In this document: positions 49,073-64,000 of the stretch, piece after piece | How the letters are laid out: each line of letters opens with the position of its first letter | Position numbering within the stretch: position 1 is the stretch's first letter | NCBI GenBank assembly: GCA_964016885.1 | Contig: OZ024755.1 | Span: 41,106,001 to 41,170,000, forward strand | Length of the DNA stretch: 64,000 bases | From: Eledone cirrhosa | Taxonomy: Eukaryota | Reading direction: 5' to 3' | The notes under the pieces: model-generated | Databases searched by the model: none | Told to the model about the DNA's origin: nothing | Seen by the model: only the letters and a program-made list of their open reading frames with translations | Position numbers and translations under genes: made by a program

Positions 49073-49482
49073 ACTGGGGAAGGAAGGGGTGATGACGTCG
49101 CCTGAGGAAGGAAGGGGTGATGACGTCGACTGAGGAAGGAAGGGGTGATGACGTCGACTGAGGAAGGAAGGGGTGATGACATCGATTGAGGAAGGAAGGG
49201 GTGATGACGTCGACTGAGGAGGGAAGGGGTGATGACGTCGACTGAGGATGGAAGGGGTGATGACGTCGACTGAGGAAGGAAGGGGTGATGACGTCGACTG
49301 AGGAAGGAAGGGGTGATGACGTCGACTGAGGAGGGAAGGGGTGATGACGTCGACAGAGGAGGGAAGGGGTGATGACGTCGACTGAGGAAGGAAGGGGTGA
49401 TGACGTCGACTGAGGAAGGAAGGGGTGATGACGTCGACTGAGGAAGGAAGGGGTGATGACGTCGACTGAGGAAGGAAGGGGT
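49073..49482 (+). repeat. 28-bp minisatellite, about 14.5 copies
   Basis: Unit gaggaaggaaggggtgatgacgtcgact. Confidence 0.95.
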
Positions 49483-49527
49483 GTCTAACATTCGCTACAT
49501 CTGTGTGTATATGTATAGCGACTTGGC

Positions 49528-52500
49528 TAGTTTAGGTTACCATAGGGTGTGTTACCGTAGGATAGGTTACCTTAGGGTAGTTTACCATAGGGAAGTTTAC
49601 CATAGGGTAGGTTACCATAGGGTAGGTTACAATAGGTTAGGTTACCATAGGGTAGGTTACTATAGGTTAGGTTACCATAGGGTAGGTTACAATAGGTTAG
49701 GTTACCATAGGGTAGGTTACTATAGGTTAGGTTACCATAGGGTAGGTTACCATAGGTTAGGTTACCATAGGGTAGGTTACCGTAGGTTAGGTTACCATAG
49801 GGTATGTTACTATAGGTTAGGTTACCATAGGGTAGGTTACTATAGGTTAGGTTGCCATAGGGTAGTTTACCATAGGGTAGGTTACCATAGGGTAGGTTAC
49901 AATAGGTTAGGTTACCATAGGGTAGGTTACCATAGGGTAGGTTACCATAGGGTAGGTTACCATAGGGTAGTTTACCATAGCTTAGGTTACTATAGGTTAG
50001 GTTACCATAGGGTAGGTTAATATAGGGTAGGTTACCATAGGGTAGGTTACCCTAGGATAGGTTACAATAGGTTAGGTTACCATAGGGTAGGTTACTATAG
50101 GTTAGGTTACCATAGGGTAGGTTACTATAGGTTAGGTTACCATAGGATAGGTTACTATAGGGTAGGTTACAATAGGTTAGGTTACCATAGGGTAGGTTAC
50201 AATAGGTTAGGTTACCATAGGGTAGGTTACTATAGGTTAGGTTACCATAGGGTAGGTTACCATAGGGTAGGTTACAATAGGTTAGGTTACCATAGGGTAG
50301 GTTACCATAGGGTAGGTTACCATAGGGTAGGTTACCATAGGGTAGTTTACCATAGCTTAGGTTACTATAGGTTAGGTTACCATAGGGTAGGTTAATATAG
50401 GGTAGGTTACCATAGGGTAGGTTACCCTAGGATAGGTTACAATAGGTTAGGTTACCATAGGGTAGGTTACTATAGGTTAGGTTACCATAGGGTAGGTTAC
50501 TATAGGGTAGGTTACAATAGGTTAGGTTACCATAGGGTAGGTTACAATAGGTTAGGTTACCATAGGGTAGGTTACTATAGGTTAGGTTACCATAGGGTAG
50601 GTTACCATAGGGTAGGTTACAATAGGTTAGGTTACCATAGGGTAGGTTACTATAGGATAGGTTACCATAGGGTAGGTTACCATAGGGTAGGTTACTATAG
50701 GTTAGGTTACCATAGGGTAGGTTACCATAGGGTAGTTTACCATAGGGTATGTTACTATAGGTTAGGTTACCATAGGGTAGGTTACCATAGGGTAGTTTAC
50801 CATAGGGTATGTTACTATAGGTTAGGTTATCATAGGGTAGGTTACTATAGGGTAGGTTACAATAGGTTAGGTTACCATAGGGTAGGTTACCATAGGATAG
50901 GTTACCATAGGGTAGGTTACTATAGGTTAGGTTACCATAGGGTAGGTTACTATAGGTTAGGTTACCATAGGGTAGGTTACCATAGGTTAGGTTACCATAG
51001 GGTAGGTTACCATAGTTTAGGTTACTATAGGTTAGGTTACCATAGTTTAGGTTACTATAGTGTAGGTTACCATAGGGTAGGTTACTATAGGTTAGGTTAC
51101 CATAGGGTAGGTTACCATAGGTTAGGTTACCATAGGGTAGGTTACAATAGGTTAGGTTACCATAGGGTAGGTTACTATAGGTTAGGTTACCATAGAGTAG
51201 GTTACCATAGGGTAGGTTACCATAGGGTAGGTTACAATAGGTTAGGTTACCATAGGATAGGTTACTATAGGTTAGGTTACCATAGGGCAGGTTACAATAG
51301 GTTAGGTTACCATAGGGTAGGTTACTATAGGTTAGGTTACCATAGGGTAGGTTAAAATAGGTTAGATTACCATAGGGTAGGTTACTATAGGTTAGGTTAC
51401 CATAGGGTAGGTTACCATAGGTTAGGTTACCATAGGGTAGGTTACCATAGTTTAGGTTACTATAGGTTAGGTTACCATAGTTTAGGTTACTATAGTGTAG
51501 GTTACCATAGGGTAGGTTACTATAGGTTAGGTTACCATAGGGTAGGTTACCATAGGTTAGGTTACCATAGGGTAGGTTACAATAGGTTAGGTTACCATAG
51601 GGTAGGTTACCGTAGGTTAGGTTACCATAGGGTATGTTACTATAGGTTAGGTTACATTAGGGTAGGTTACTATAGGTTAGGTTACCATAGGGTAGTTTAC
51701 CATAGGGTAGGTTACCATAGGGTAGGTTACAATAGGTTAGGTTACCATAGGGTAGGTTACCATAGGGTAGGTTACCATAGGGTATGTTACTATAGGGTAG
51801 TTTACCATAGCTTAGGTTACTATAGGTTAGGTTACCATAGGGTAGGTTAATATAGGGTAGGTTACCATAGGGTAGGTTACCCTAGGATAGGTTACAATAG
51901 GTTAGGTTACCATAGGGTAGGTTACTATAGGTTAGGTTACCATAGGGTAGGTTACTATAGGTTAGGTTACCATAGGATAGGTTACTATAGGGTAGGTTAC
52001 AATAGGTTAGGTCACCATAGGGTAGGTTACAATAGGTTAGGTTACCATAGGGTAGGTTACTATAGGTTAGGTTACCATAGGGTAGGTTACCATAGGGTAG
52101 GTTACAATAGGTTAGGTTACCATAGGGTAGGTTACTATAGGTTAGGTTACCATAGGATAGGTTACCATAGGGTAGGTTACCATAGGGTAGGTTACTATAG
52201 GTTAGGTTACCATAGGGTTGGTTACCATAGGGTAGTTTACCATAGGGTATGTTACTATAGGTTAGGTTACCATAGGGTAGGTTACCATAGGGTAGTTTAC
52301 CATAGGGTATGTTACTATAGGTTAGGTTACCATAGGGTAGGTTACTATAGGGTAGGTTACAATAGGTTAGGTTACCATAGGGTAGGTTACCATAGGATAG
52401 GTTACCATAGGGTAGGTTACTATAGGTTAGGTTACCATAGGGTAGATTAGTATAGGTTAGGTTACCATAGGGTAGGTTACCATAGGTTAGGTTACCATAG

Positions 52501-53275
52501 GGTAGGTTACCATAGTTTAGGTTACTATAGGTTAGGTTACCATAGTTTAGGTTACTATAGTGTAGGTTACCATAGGGTAGGTTACTATAGGTTAGGTTAC
52601 CATAGGGTAGGTTACCATAGGTTAGGTTACCATAGGGTAGGTTACTATAGGTTAGGTTACCATAGGGTAGGTTACCATAGGGTAGGTTACCATAGGGTAG
52701 GTTACAATAGGTTAGGTTACCATAGGGTAGGTTACTATAGGTTAGGTTACCATAGGGTAGGTTACAATAGGTTAGGTTACCATAGGGTAGGTTACTATAG
52801 GTTAGGTTACCATAGGGTAGGTTACCATAGGTTAGGTTACCATAGGGTAGGTTACTATAGGTTAGGTTACCATTGGGTAGGTTACTATTGGTTAGGTTAC
52901 CATAGGGTAGGTTACAATAGGTTAGGTTACCATAGGGTAGGTTACTATAGGTTAGGTTACCATAGGGTAGGTTACCATAGGGTAGTTTACCATAGGATAG
53001 GTTACTATAGGGTAGTTTACCATATGGTAGGTTACCATAGGGTAGGTTACCATAGGGTAGGTTACTATAGGTTAGGTTACCATAGTGTAGGTTACCATAG
53101 TGTATGTTACCATGGGGTGGGTTACTATAGGTTAGGTTACCTTAGGGTATGTTACCATATGGTAATCTGCCCTATGGTAACCTAACCTACGGTAACCTAC
53201 CCTATGGTAACCTACCCTATAGTAACCTACACTATGGTAACCTACCCTATAGTAACCTACCCTATGGTAACCTAT
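49528..53275 (+). repeat. 15-bp satellite (ggtag gttac catag), about 240 copies, with an inverted terminal block
   Basis: Pentamer-based unit; orientation flips near 53158. Confidence 0.95.
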
Positions 53276-55455
53276 ATGTATGTGTGTGTATGCGTGTGTT
53301 TTTGTGTTTGTGTATATGTGAGTGTGTCTGTGTGTGCGCCTGTGTGTATGCATGTATTTGTGCATGTGTGAGTAGGTGTGTCTGTGTGTGTGCGTGTGTG
53401 CCTGTGTATATGTGTGTGTATATGTGTGTGTATGTGTTTATGTTTGTGTCTGTGTGTTATTATATACTACTGTCAACTAGGGAGGTGGATTGGCAGTATC
53501 GGTAGAGGCTCGGACATGCTTTCCAGCATAGTTACGTCCCTTTATGATCTGAGTTCAAATCCTTCCAAGGTTAACTTTGCCTTTCATCCTTACGGGGTCG
53601 ATAAAATAAAGTACCAATAATTTACTGGTTAATTGCTGGCCTTGTGCCAAAAGTAGAAAATTATTTACTACTGTCAACATTACGTCATAACAAATCTTTC
53701 TCTTCCAAAGACTTGAAATTCCCAAATTCTCTCTCAGCCGTTGTTTCTAGCAGAACTGTTCGCCTCCTCCCGCTCTGAGAATATAAGTAATTTGTTGTTT
53801 TCACCCAACTTGTTATTTCTACGGCAGCTATTTATAATTTAAAAGGATTCTTTATATAACACAGCTAACATACTCGCCTCTCTTCATTACGTTAATAGTG
53901 CAGTTCTAGTTGATAGCCAAACAAATCATAAACAACCTTATCGAATCGTCCTTCTTAGGTCTATTTCATTTAAATAGTGGTGTCAGTTGTACTTCAGTGT
54001 TTGCATATTTAGCTCTCATCATTCTTTACAATTATTTACTTTCTATATTTCAAAGATAACTTATCTCTTCTACTCTGTATCTGTGAAGTCTGACAACTTA
54101 ACTACGCCATTGTCTTCGACGACCATATCCCGCCAATACTTATGCAATATAATTCTTTCATTTTCACTTGGTTCAAGCCTATAAGTTACTAAGTCAGAGC
54201 CCCAGCTCAATACCAACTCTACTAAAACTACCTCTATCTAATCTAATCTGGCCGAGTTTACACTCGCAAATAAGAAGAACCAGGGCCGCCCCTAGTAGCA
54301 TTGGACCTGGTGTACTTCATATTTGTTTCACTTGCTGAATAGAATCAGGGGTCGCTGCTTCTAACTCGAGCGGGAGCGCCTTTCCATTATCAATTTGCAT
54401 TGATCATCTGCAAAGCCACATTGTTCTCAGAACCACTACACCAGTCTTCCGATGCAGCTGGAACCACTGCCACCCATTGATTTGGCAGGATTTTTTTTTT
54501 AAGATGGCCGTTGACTTTTATGAGTTCTTCCGCCCTTTGTCAGGTTTTGTCTTTTGTCCTGTAGGGTGTCCAAAGTCACCCTCCTCACCAAGTAAACCTC
54601 CTCTAATAAAGTGTTGAAATTGAAGTTTAAACCTGGGACTGAAATAATTTTATAAGGGCGGTGGATTGGCAGAATCGGTAGAGCGTCAGGTAGTATGTGT
54701 TACGGCATAGTGTTACGGTTCTTTAACTTCTGATTCCAAATCCCGTCGAGATTAGCTTTACCTTTCATCCTTACGGGGTCGATAAAATAAAGTACCAGTA
54801 ACACACTGGGTCGATTTAGTCAACTTCCGCTCCTCGCAAATTGTTGGTATTGTGTCTCAATCAGAAACCATTATTATATACCAGATAGGTTGGCTTTGGA
54901 TTGGCAGTATCGGTAGAGGGTCGGACGCCATGCTTTGACGCATAGAGTTACGGCCCTTACCATTCTGAGTTCAAATCCCGCCGAGGTTAACTTTGCCTTT
55001 CATCCTTACGGGGGTCGATAAAATAAAGTACCAGTAATACACTGGGTTAATTGCTGGCCTTGTGCCAAAAGTAGAAACAACTATTACAGGGTTGATAAAA
55101 TAAAGTACCAGTAATACACTGGGGTAATTGCTGGCCTTGTGCCAAAAGTAGAAACAATTATTACATACCAGATAAAGTACCAGTAATACACATGGCTTTA
55201 TTTAATCGACTTTCCCCTACCCCCAAATTACTGGTCTTGCACCAAAAGTAGAACCCATTATTACATACCAGATACCAGATTTCAGTAGCAAAATATTCTT
55301 TCATTTTATTATTAAGTTAAAGTTAGTCATTTCACTAAATCTCTCCTAATAGTTGATTATTTTCATAATTGAAAGTCGGCCATTTTGGTTATTTCTTTAA
55401 TATAAAGTCTATTATATCCCCGCGCATCTACATGCATACATGTATATACATATAT

Positions 55456-55549
<94 letters not shown>

Positions 55550-55834
55550 GGATACATATATATACATATTTACGCATTTTTGGATGGCCGTTGACTCTTA
55601 TGAGTTCTTCCGCCCTTTGTCAGGTTTTGTTTATTGTCCTGCAGGGTGTCCAAAAACACCCTCCCCACCAAGTTGGAGGGGTTGCCGGTTTAGTCACCGA
55701 CGACCGACCATGCAACAGGTTGTACTGGGTTACATGTTACCAGTAGCACTCATACATACATACCACCACTACATTCTTGTACTAACAGTTCTTTTTTTCC
55801 ACACTTGTATCCCTTTGTACTTATTTTCTTCTAT

Positions 55835-58375
55835 CGTGTTGTTGTTGTTGTTATTGTTGTTGCTGTTCTTATTGTTGTTGTTGTTGTTGCTCTTCTTCTT
55901 CCTGATAGTATCGTGGGAGCAGAGTCCTCAAACACTCCTTCCAGCACGTCCAGTCAGAAGCAACCGTCCCCGACTGGATCCCAAAGCGAGATCAGCCAAG
56001 CTCATGGATGTTACCCAACCATCTTGCTCGGGGTCTACCCCTGGGTCTCCTACCGGTTGGTTTTACCCGAAAAATCTGTCCAACGGTTCTTTCCTGAGAC
56101 ATTCTAACCACATGTCCATAGTATCAGAGCTGTGATCTCTCAATTCGGAGAAGTAGCTGCTCTACCTGGAGCGACTCTCTAATCTCCGAGCTACACACTT
56201 TATCGAGTTACGTTACTCCAAAGACCCTTAGGAGGAACCCCATTTCGGCCGCTTGTATTTACGATCGTATCCTTTCGGTTATTACCCAAGATTCATGACC
56301 ATAGGTAAGGGTTGGCACGAAAACCGAATTGAAGATATCGAGTTTGGCTTTTACACCTACCTCCCTTCTTCAGATTACTGAATGCTGAAGCTGGCGCATT
56401 ACTGCAGCAGGTTTTGTAATTCTTGCACTTAATTCAGCCTCCTGCCTTCCATCACTTGTGAACACGGCCCCGAGATACTTGAACTGCTCTATTTGCTTCA
56501 GTGGAACTCCATTCACATGTAGAGTGCACTGCGCAGGCTTCCTTGAGAGGACGAGTGTCTCAGTCTTCGCAGCACTGATTTTCATTCCAGCCATGCAGCA
56601 CTCGACATCAAACCTATCAAGTACAAGTTAAAGATCATCTTCTGTCAAGTTGAGTAAATCCATGTTGTTTGCAAATTCCTGCGGACTGATTTCACACCCG
56701 ACAGTCATGATACCACTTCCAACCCAGCTGCGCATGTCAATCCTGTTCATGTAAATAACGAACAGGAGAGTTGACAGTATGCACCCTTGGTGGAGTCCGA
56801 CTCCCACATTACATGGTTTCGATTTAGCACAATTTATCTGAACACAAATACTCAGCCTTTCATATAGAGACATCAGGACAGCAAGAAGCTGACCATCAAT
56901 CCCATACTCCTGCCCAGCCTTCCACAGTAGGTCGCGAGGAGCGCGGTCATATGCTTTCTCAAGGTCGACAAAAGTAGAATAGAATTCTTGGCAATACGCC
57001 CGTGATTTCTCTAACACCTGCCGCAATGTGAATATTTTATTGGCTGTGCTGTGTCCGGAGCGAGAACCACACTGTTCATCGGCTAGCTTGGACTCAACAA
57101 TATCCCTACATCTCTTTGCTAGACACTTAGCATAGACTTTACCAGGGAGGCTTAACAAGGAGTTCCCTCTGTAATTGGAACAATTTCTATTGGCTCCTCT
57201 TTGAAAATTGGGATTATCATTCCAGCTCAGGTGCTTTTCCAGAGATCCAGGCCATGCAGCACACACGAGTCAGCCAGAGAATACCTTCTCTATTTAAGGC
57301 TTTTAACATCTCGGGCCGGATTTCATCTTCCCCAGCGGCATTGTCACATTTGAGCTCTTTGACTGCTCTTGTGACCTTAGCCTCTGAGAGATTAGTCCCT
57401 GCTCCCAGCTGCACCTGGTGTACATCAGAAGATGTTGTTGTGATCGGGTTTAGGAGATCGGCAGAATATTCTTTCCACCTCGTAGGGATGCACCGCTCAG
57501 AAGAGAGGAGAGGCCCAGACGCGTTCTTGATAGCAGGTGTAGAGGAGGGCTCCTTATTACAAAATCGGCGGATGATCTGCCAGAACACTTTATTTGCTGA
57601 TCTGAATTAGAATTCCAGTTTAACCCCAAAGTCCTCCTATGTCTTAACTTTGGACGTTTTTACTGTATCTGCTGCGATTTTTCGTGCCTGCTTGTACCGC
57701 AAGTGCAAGAATTAGGAATTATTTCCAAACCAAGCTTTGTAGGCCTCCTTCTTTGCTCTGATGGCATCTTCGACCTCTTGATTGAGCCAAGGGGCCTTCC
57801 TACCATCCGGTGCCACTCCAAGCCTCTTTCGCTCGGAGTATTTAACGGCTTAAAGAGAAACTTCTGAGCTGAACAATCTCCACTCTGTCTTAACATCCTC
57901 AGTATCTATATACCTGTTCCTGACTTCTTTATCCACCAATGTTTCCCACTTTATCCTGTAGGTCACCCCGGACCTGCCAGTTTTGTGGGCTTCCTTGACT
58001 TTAGGTAGTCTTATGTTGCAGATAACTAGATGGTGATCTGTTGACAGCTCAGCCCCTCTCTTAACACGAACATCCAGCACAGAATCAAAGAGATCAGAGA
58101 CCATTACAAAATCAATTATTGATCTCTGCCCTGATACCCTTTATACCATGTATATTTATGGATGTCTCTGTGCTGGAAGAAAGTGTTCGCAATAGAGAGT
58201 CTAGTAAGGTCTCTCCATTTGTATTTAGATCGGGGTCGTCATTCATTCCAATCATTCCTTTCCATGTCACGTGGTCAGTGCCAACATGTGCATTGGCATC
58301 TCCCATCAGGATAAGTGACTCAGTCTTAACTACATCTAACGTTCTGCCGAGAATTATATCATGTTTGAATGCAGA
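55835..58375 (-). mobile_element. Degenerate RTE-clade LINE (EN and RT, many frameshifts) with trinucleotide-repeat tail
   Basis: ILMGDANAHVG; VKRGAELSTDHHLV; AAGEDEIRPEMLK; NYRG.SLLSLPGKVY; FVDLEKAYD; GLHQGCILS; KTETLV...FKYLG; (AAC/AAG)n tail. Confidence 0.9.
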
Positions 58376-58536
58376 AATTACTTCTGTCAATGGACAGAAT
58401 GGATTACATCGGAATTTTAACAATGAACACATCTTGAGAAAATCATTTCCTTAAACTCTTACGACCATACAGCCAAGACTTTTATCGACATGTTGACTTG
58501 GCATAGGTTCCTCTCACATTATTTCCTTTGTAAAGA

Positions 58537-59001
<465 letters not shown>

Positions 59002-59172
59002 GATCGATCGACTTTCGTCAAATCGGACCGAGGAAATAATGTTTCCGTCGGTCTTTCCAGTTGCTAGTACTATCTATCGGTCGCAACTCCAAGTAGAAGG
59101 AGCAACGTGAAATAAAGTGTCTTGCTCAAGGACATAACGCATCGCCCGGTCCAGGAATCGAACTCACAACCT

Positions 59173-59213
<41 letters not shown>

Positions 59214-59219
59214 GAGAGA

Positions 59220-59705
59220 TGTGTGTGTGTTTGAATTTAGCTCTGACAAAGTTGTATACAAATATGTATGGGAAGTTTGTATATCTAAAGATATCCGGTA
59301 TATTTATAAATAAACATTTTGAATGTCACTGTTTTGAAAGAAGACTGGTGGTCAGCGCCGCCAAGCGGTGTCCAGCAGAAGCAGGGGGAGGGGGGGGGGA
59401 GATATACGAAATTCACATACATATTTGTATACAGCTATGTCGGAGCTAAATTCTAATTTTATTTTAAGTTGAGCTATGCAAATGAGACTTATCAGCCCAT
59501 TTATAAAGAAGAAAAAACTATGAATTTTCGCCTGTTTCAAAGTAGGAAGAGAGAATCATTAAATTCGAAATGCATCAACAGTTATCCCCCCTGCTTTTGC
59601 TGGACACCGCTCGGCGGCACTCACCACCAGTCGTCTATTCATAGCTGTGGCTTTCAAAATGTTTATATATAAACATACCGTATAGCTTTAGATATACGAA
59701 ATTTG

Positions 59706-59720
<15 letters not shown>
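59220..59720. mobile_element. Palindromic MITE-like element
   Basis: About 59278-59390 is an imperfect reverse complement of 59586-59705; nested inverted repeat 59236-59286 versus 59400-59450. Confidence 0.5.
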
Positions 59721-59797
<77 letters not shown>

Positions 59798-59994
59798 GAC
59801 GTGAGTCTACATGTGATAACACATATCTGAGGAGCTTTCGATTCCAGAGTCAGGAACGAACATAATCGATCGTTCCTCGAGCTGAACGGCAGTGAAACAT
59901 ATGTAATATGCAATTAAATATGTATATGATGCAATACTAATTCTTTGTTCCCCAGTTATTATTCTATATACTTGACTTGCGTACAAGTTAATAT

Positions 59995-60415
59995 ATACAC
60001 ATATATATATGTATATGTATGTATGTATACGTACATACATATATGTATACAGACGTACAGTAGTATGTATGTATATACATACATGCACACATATATATAT
60101 GCACGTATCGGTTTACTGAATATTTATTATAATACTCGGTTTGTTTGTAAACAAACAAACAGCCCGAATTAATAAGCTTGAAACTAGTACATCGTTCCTG
60201 TGTCAGTGTTGAACAAAAAGGTGACGTGGTTGCCTAAACACTGTACGGCGTAATTCGGGCTGTTTGTTTGTTTACAAACAAACAAACCGAGCATTATAAT
60301 AAATTTCGGTAAACCGATACGTACATATATATATATGTGCATGTATGTATATATATATACATACTACTGTACGTCTGTATAGATATATGTATGTACGTAT
60401 ACATACATACATACT
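59995..60415. repeat. Inverted repeat with ~170-bp arms and ~80-bp spacer
   Basis: ...ggtttgtttgtaaacaaacaaacagcccgaatta versus taattcgggctgtttgtttgtttacaaac... Confidence 0.7.
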
Positions 60416-60479
60416 TACATTTAAGTAAGTGCCGTGCTAAGAGTGAGAAATGAAATTTCGTTTCATTCTATTCCATTTA

Positions 60480-60593
<114 letters not shown>

Positions 60594-60614
60594 AATATAT
60601 ATATATATATATAT

Positions 60615-61619
60615 GTAGATAAATCTATCAAAAATTTACGGTAGTGTCCAATCCGTATGAAGAACTCAATGTAATCCGGATATCATGAAAAGAGAAGATG
60701 CATTCAAAAACTATTTTCGGTGAAAATTAACGGAAAACAGAGTCAAGATAAATTAATAAAGTAATGAATAAACAAAGAAACAGTTCCTTATATTAAAAAA
60801 TTCATCATTTTACGATCGTTTCTAGGATATATATGTGTTAGTGTTGGTATGCATATTCTATAGATCTATGTAAAATATTTATACAAACTATCAGAGGGAA
60901 TATACATACCTACACATATATATGCTGTCTTCAGAAATAATGATATTTGTTTATTGAAAAAAACAAAGATTTAATACAATAGGTCTGTTTGGGAACAGGT
61001 TTTGAATTGACCAATAGAAAGATAGTGAAGGTCAAGATAGTAATATAGTAGTAAAAGAACCTTAATTTATGGGTAGAGGAAGGTAGATTTCAGTTTTGGA
61101 TGGAAAAGAATATTATGAATGAAAGATTATTTTAGGGATGAAAATAGGTCGTATGCTGACTTCAGAAATAATTATACTTATTCAATGAACAAATATAATT
61201 ATTTCTGAGGTCAGCATACGACCTATTTTCATCCCTAAAATAATCTTTCATTCATAATATTCTTTTCCATCCAAAACTGAAATCTACCTTCCTCTACCCA
61301 TAAATTAAGGTTCTTTTACTACTATATTACTATCTTGACCTTCACTATCTTTCTATTGGTCAATTCAAAACCTGTTCCCAAACAGACCTATTGTATTAAA
61401 TCTTTGTTTTTTTCAATAAACAAATATCATTATTTCTGAAGACAGCATATATATGTGTAGGTATGTATATTCCCTCTGATAGTTTGTATAAATATTTTAC
61501 ATAGATCTATAGAATATGCATACCAACACTAACACATATATATCCTAGAAACGATCGTAAAATGATGAATTTTTTAATATAAGGAACTGTTTCTTTGTTT
61601 ATTCATTACTTTATTAATT

Positions 61620-61620
<1 letters not shown>
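60615..61620. mobile_element. Fold-back family D PLE terminus (~420-bp arms)
   Basis: About 60755-61175 is the reverse complement of about 61195-61620; bounded by TA tracts. Confidence 0.8.
61428..61567 (+). ncRNA. Type I hammerhead ribozyme (family D) with 105-nt stem/loop II segment
   Basis: cattattt-CTGAAGA-105 nt-GAAAC gatc GTA-aaatgatg. Minus-strand copies at 60803-60942, ~62520-62660 and ~63356-63493; degenerate copy ~38352-38488. Confidence 0.78.
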
Positions 61621-61650
<30 letters not shown>

Positions 61651-62016
61651 AAATATATATGTATATATAACGAAGGAAATGTGGTAAATAACCAGGTGGA
61701 CCATAACGCACCAAAGTACTCAATACTTAGGCTAGTAGAGTGGGTAATAGGAACGAGTAGGACCCCGACGGCTGAGCTCAAGCCGTTTCGACGGCTAATT
61801 CTGGACTCCAGAATTAGCCGTCGAAACGGATTGAGCTCAGCCGTCGGGGTCCTACTCGTTCCTATGTATATATATATATATTTGTATGTATATATATATA
61901 TATGTATATGTATATATACACACACATATATATATATACATATATATTTATACATACATATATATATACATACATATATATTTATACATACATATATATA
62001 TATGTATATATATGTA

Positions 62017-62125
<109 letters not shown>

Positions 62126-62126
62126 T

Positions 62127-62199
<73 letters not shown>

Positions 62200-62202
62200 T
62201 GA

Positions 62203-62238
<36 letters not shown>

Positions 62239-62307
62239 AGTATATCTATAATTTATAATAAACGAAGCCAAATTTTACATATTTGACTTAATTATTTTAT
62301 TTTATAT

Positions 62308-62438
<131 letters not shown>

Positions 62439-62464
62439 TATATATATACATATATATATATATA

Positions 62465-63625
<1,161 letters not shown>

Positions 63626-63626
63626 C

Positions 63627-63681
<55 letters not shown>

Positions 63682-63736
63682 AATATCGAAACGGCTTGAG
63701 CTCAGCCGTCGGGGTCCTACTCGTTCCTATATATAT

Positions 63737-63773
<37 letters not shown>

Positions 63774-63785
63774 GGAACGAGTAGG

Positions 63786-63881
63786 ACCCCGACGGCTGAG
63801 CTCAAGCCGTTTCGACGGCTAATTCTGGACTAAATGAACATTTTTATCCTGGTATTTGAATAGCCGAGCTTCTCAGGGGGT
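63786..63881 (-). ncRNA. Hammerhead ribozyme (family H), only complete copy, core variant CTGAGAA
   Basis: Reverse complement: acccc-CTGAGAA-gctcggcta...tagccgtc-GAAAC ggct tgagctc agcc GTC-ggggt. The core deviates from CUGANGA at G8. Confidence 0.6.
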
Positions 63882-64000
63882 AATTCCATATATGGTAAAA
63901 GTGATTGTCACAAGGATTGGTCAAAAGTTTGTTGTTGAGACATAATAATTCTATCATGGCAATTTGTGGAGGGAAGGGGTAGCTGAACCTGCCAGTAGAA

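Noticed and set aside
49481-50020. GYHRV-repeat and SSPLPSS-repeat ORFs
   Set aside because: Translations of the 15-bp and 28-bp tandem repeats.
49528-53150. True telomere
   Set aside because: Interstitial, 15-bp periodic and not a (TTAGGG)n or (TTAGG)n run.
60178-60195. HHR half-site GAAACtaGTA in the palindrome spacer
   Set aside because: No matching CUGANGA or stem I found; could be chance.

Overview
AT-rich, repeat-saturated animal genomic DNA; the SINE set and kilobase (TA)n tracts suggest a cephalopod such as octopus (inferred, not verified). The only host coding sequence I can support is a terminal exon encoding the C-terminal ASD2 domain of a Shroom-family protein (6831-7124). Most of the window is a nest of Penelope-like retroelements (PLEs, Naiad-type) inserted in (TA)n microsatellites. 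It holds one intact 780-aa RT+GIY-YIG element with inverted and direct pseudo-LTRs (43135-47020), at least six truncated coding fragments, and many short fold-back terminal fragments. Reading the termini by eye shows at least eight unrelated type I hammerhead ribozyme (HHR) families, whose core-to-GAAA (stem/loop II) segment ranges from 4 to about 105 nt. The inversion or truncation junctions repeatedly fall inside that segment, and two insertions are cross-family chimeras. Also present: Tx1/L1-, CR1/Jockey- and RTE-type LINE remnants, a bipartite non-autonomous RTE, tRNA-SINEs, MITEs, four tandem repeats (52, 31, 28 and 15 bp units) and a 200-N gap. Nearly all long ORFs in the track are microsatellite artefacts. 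Coordinates were read manually and edges may be off by a few bases.
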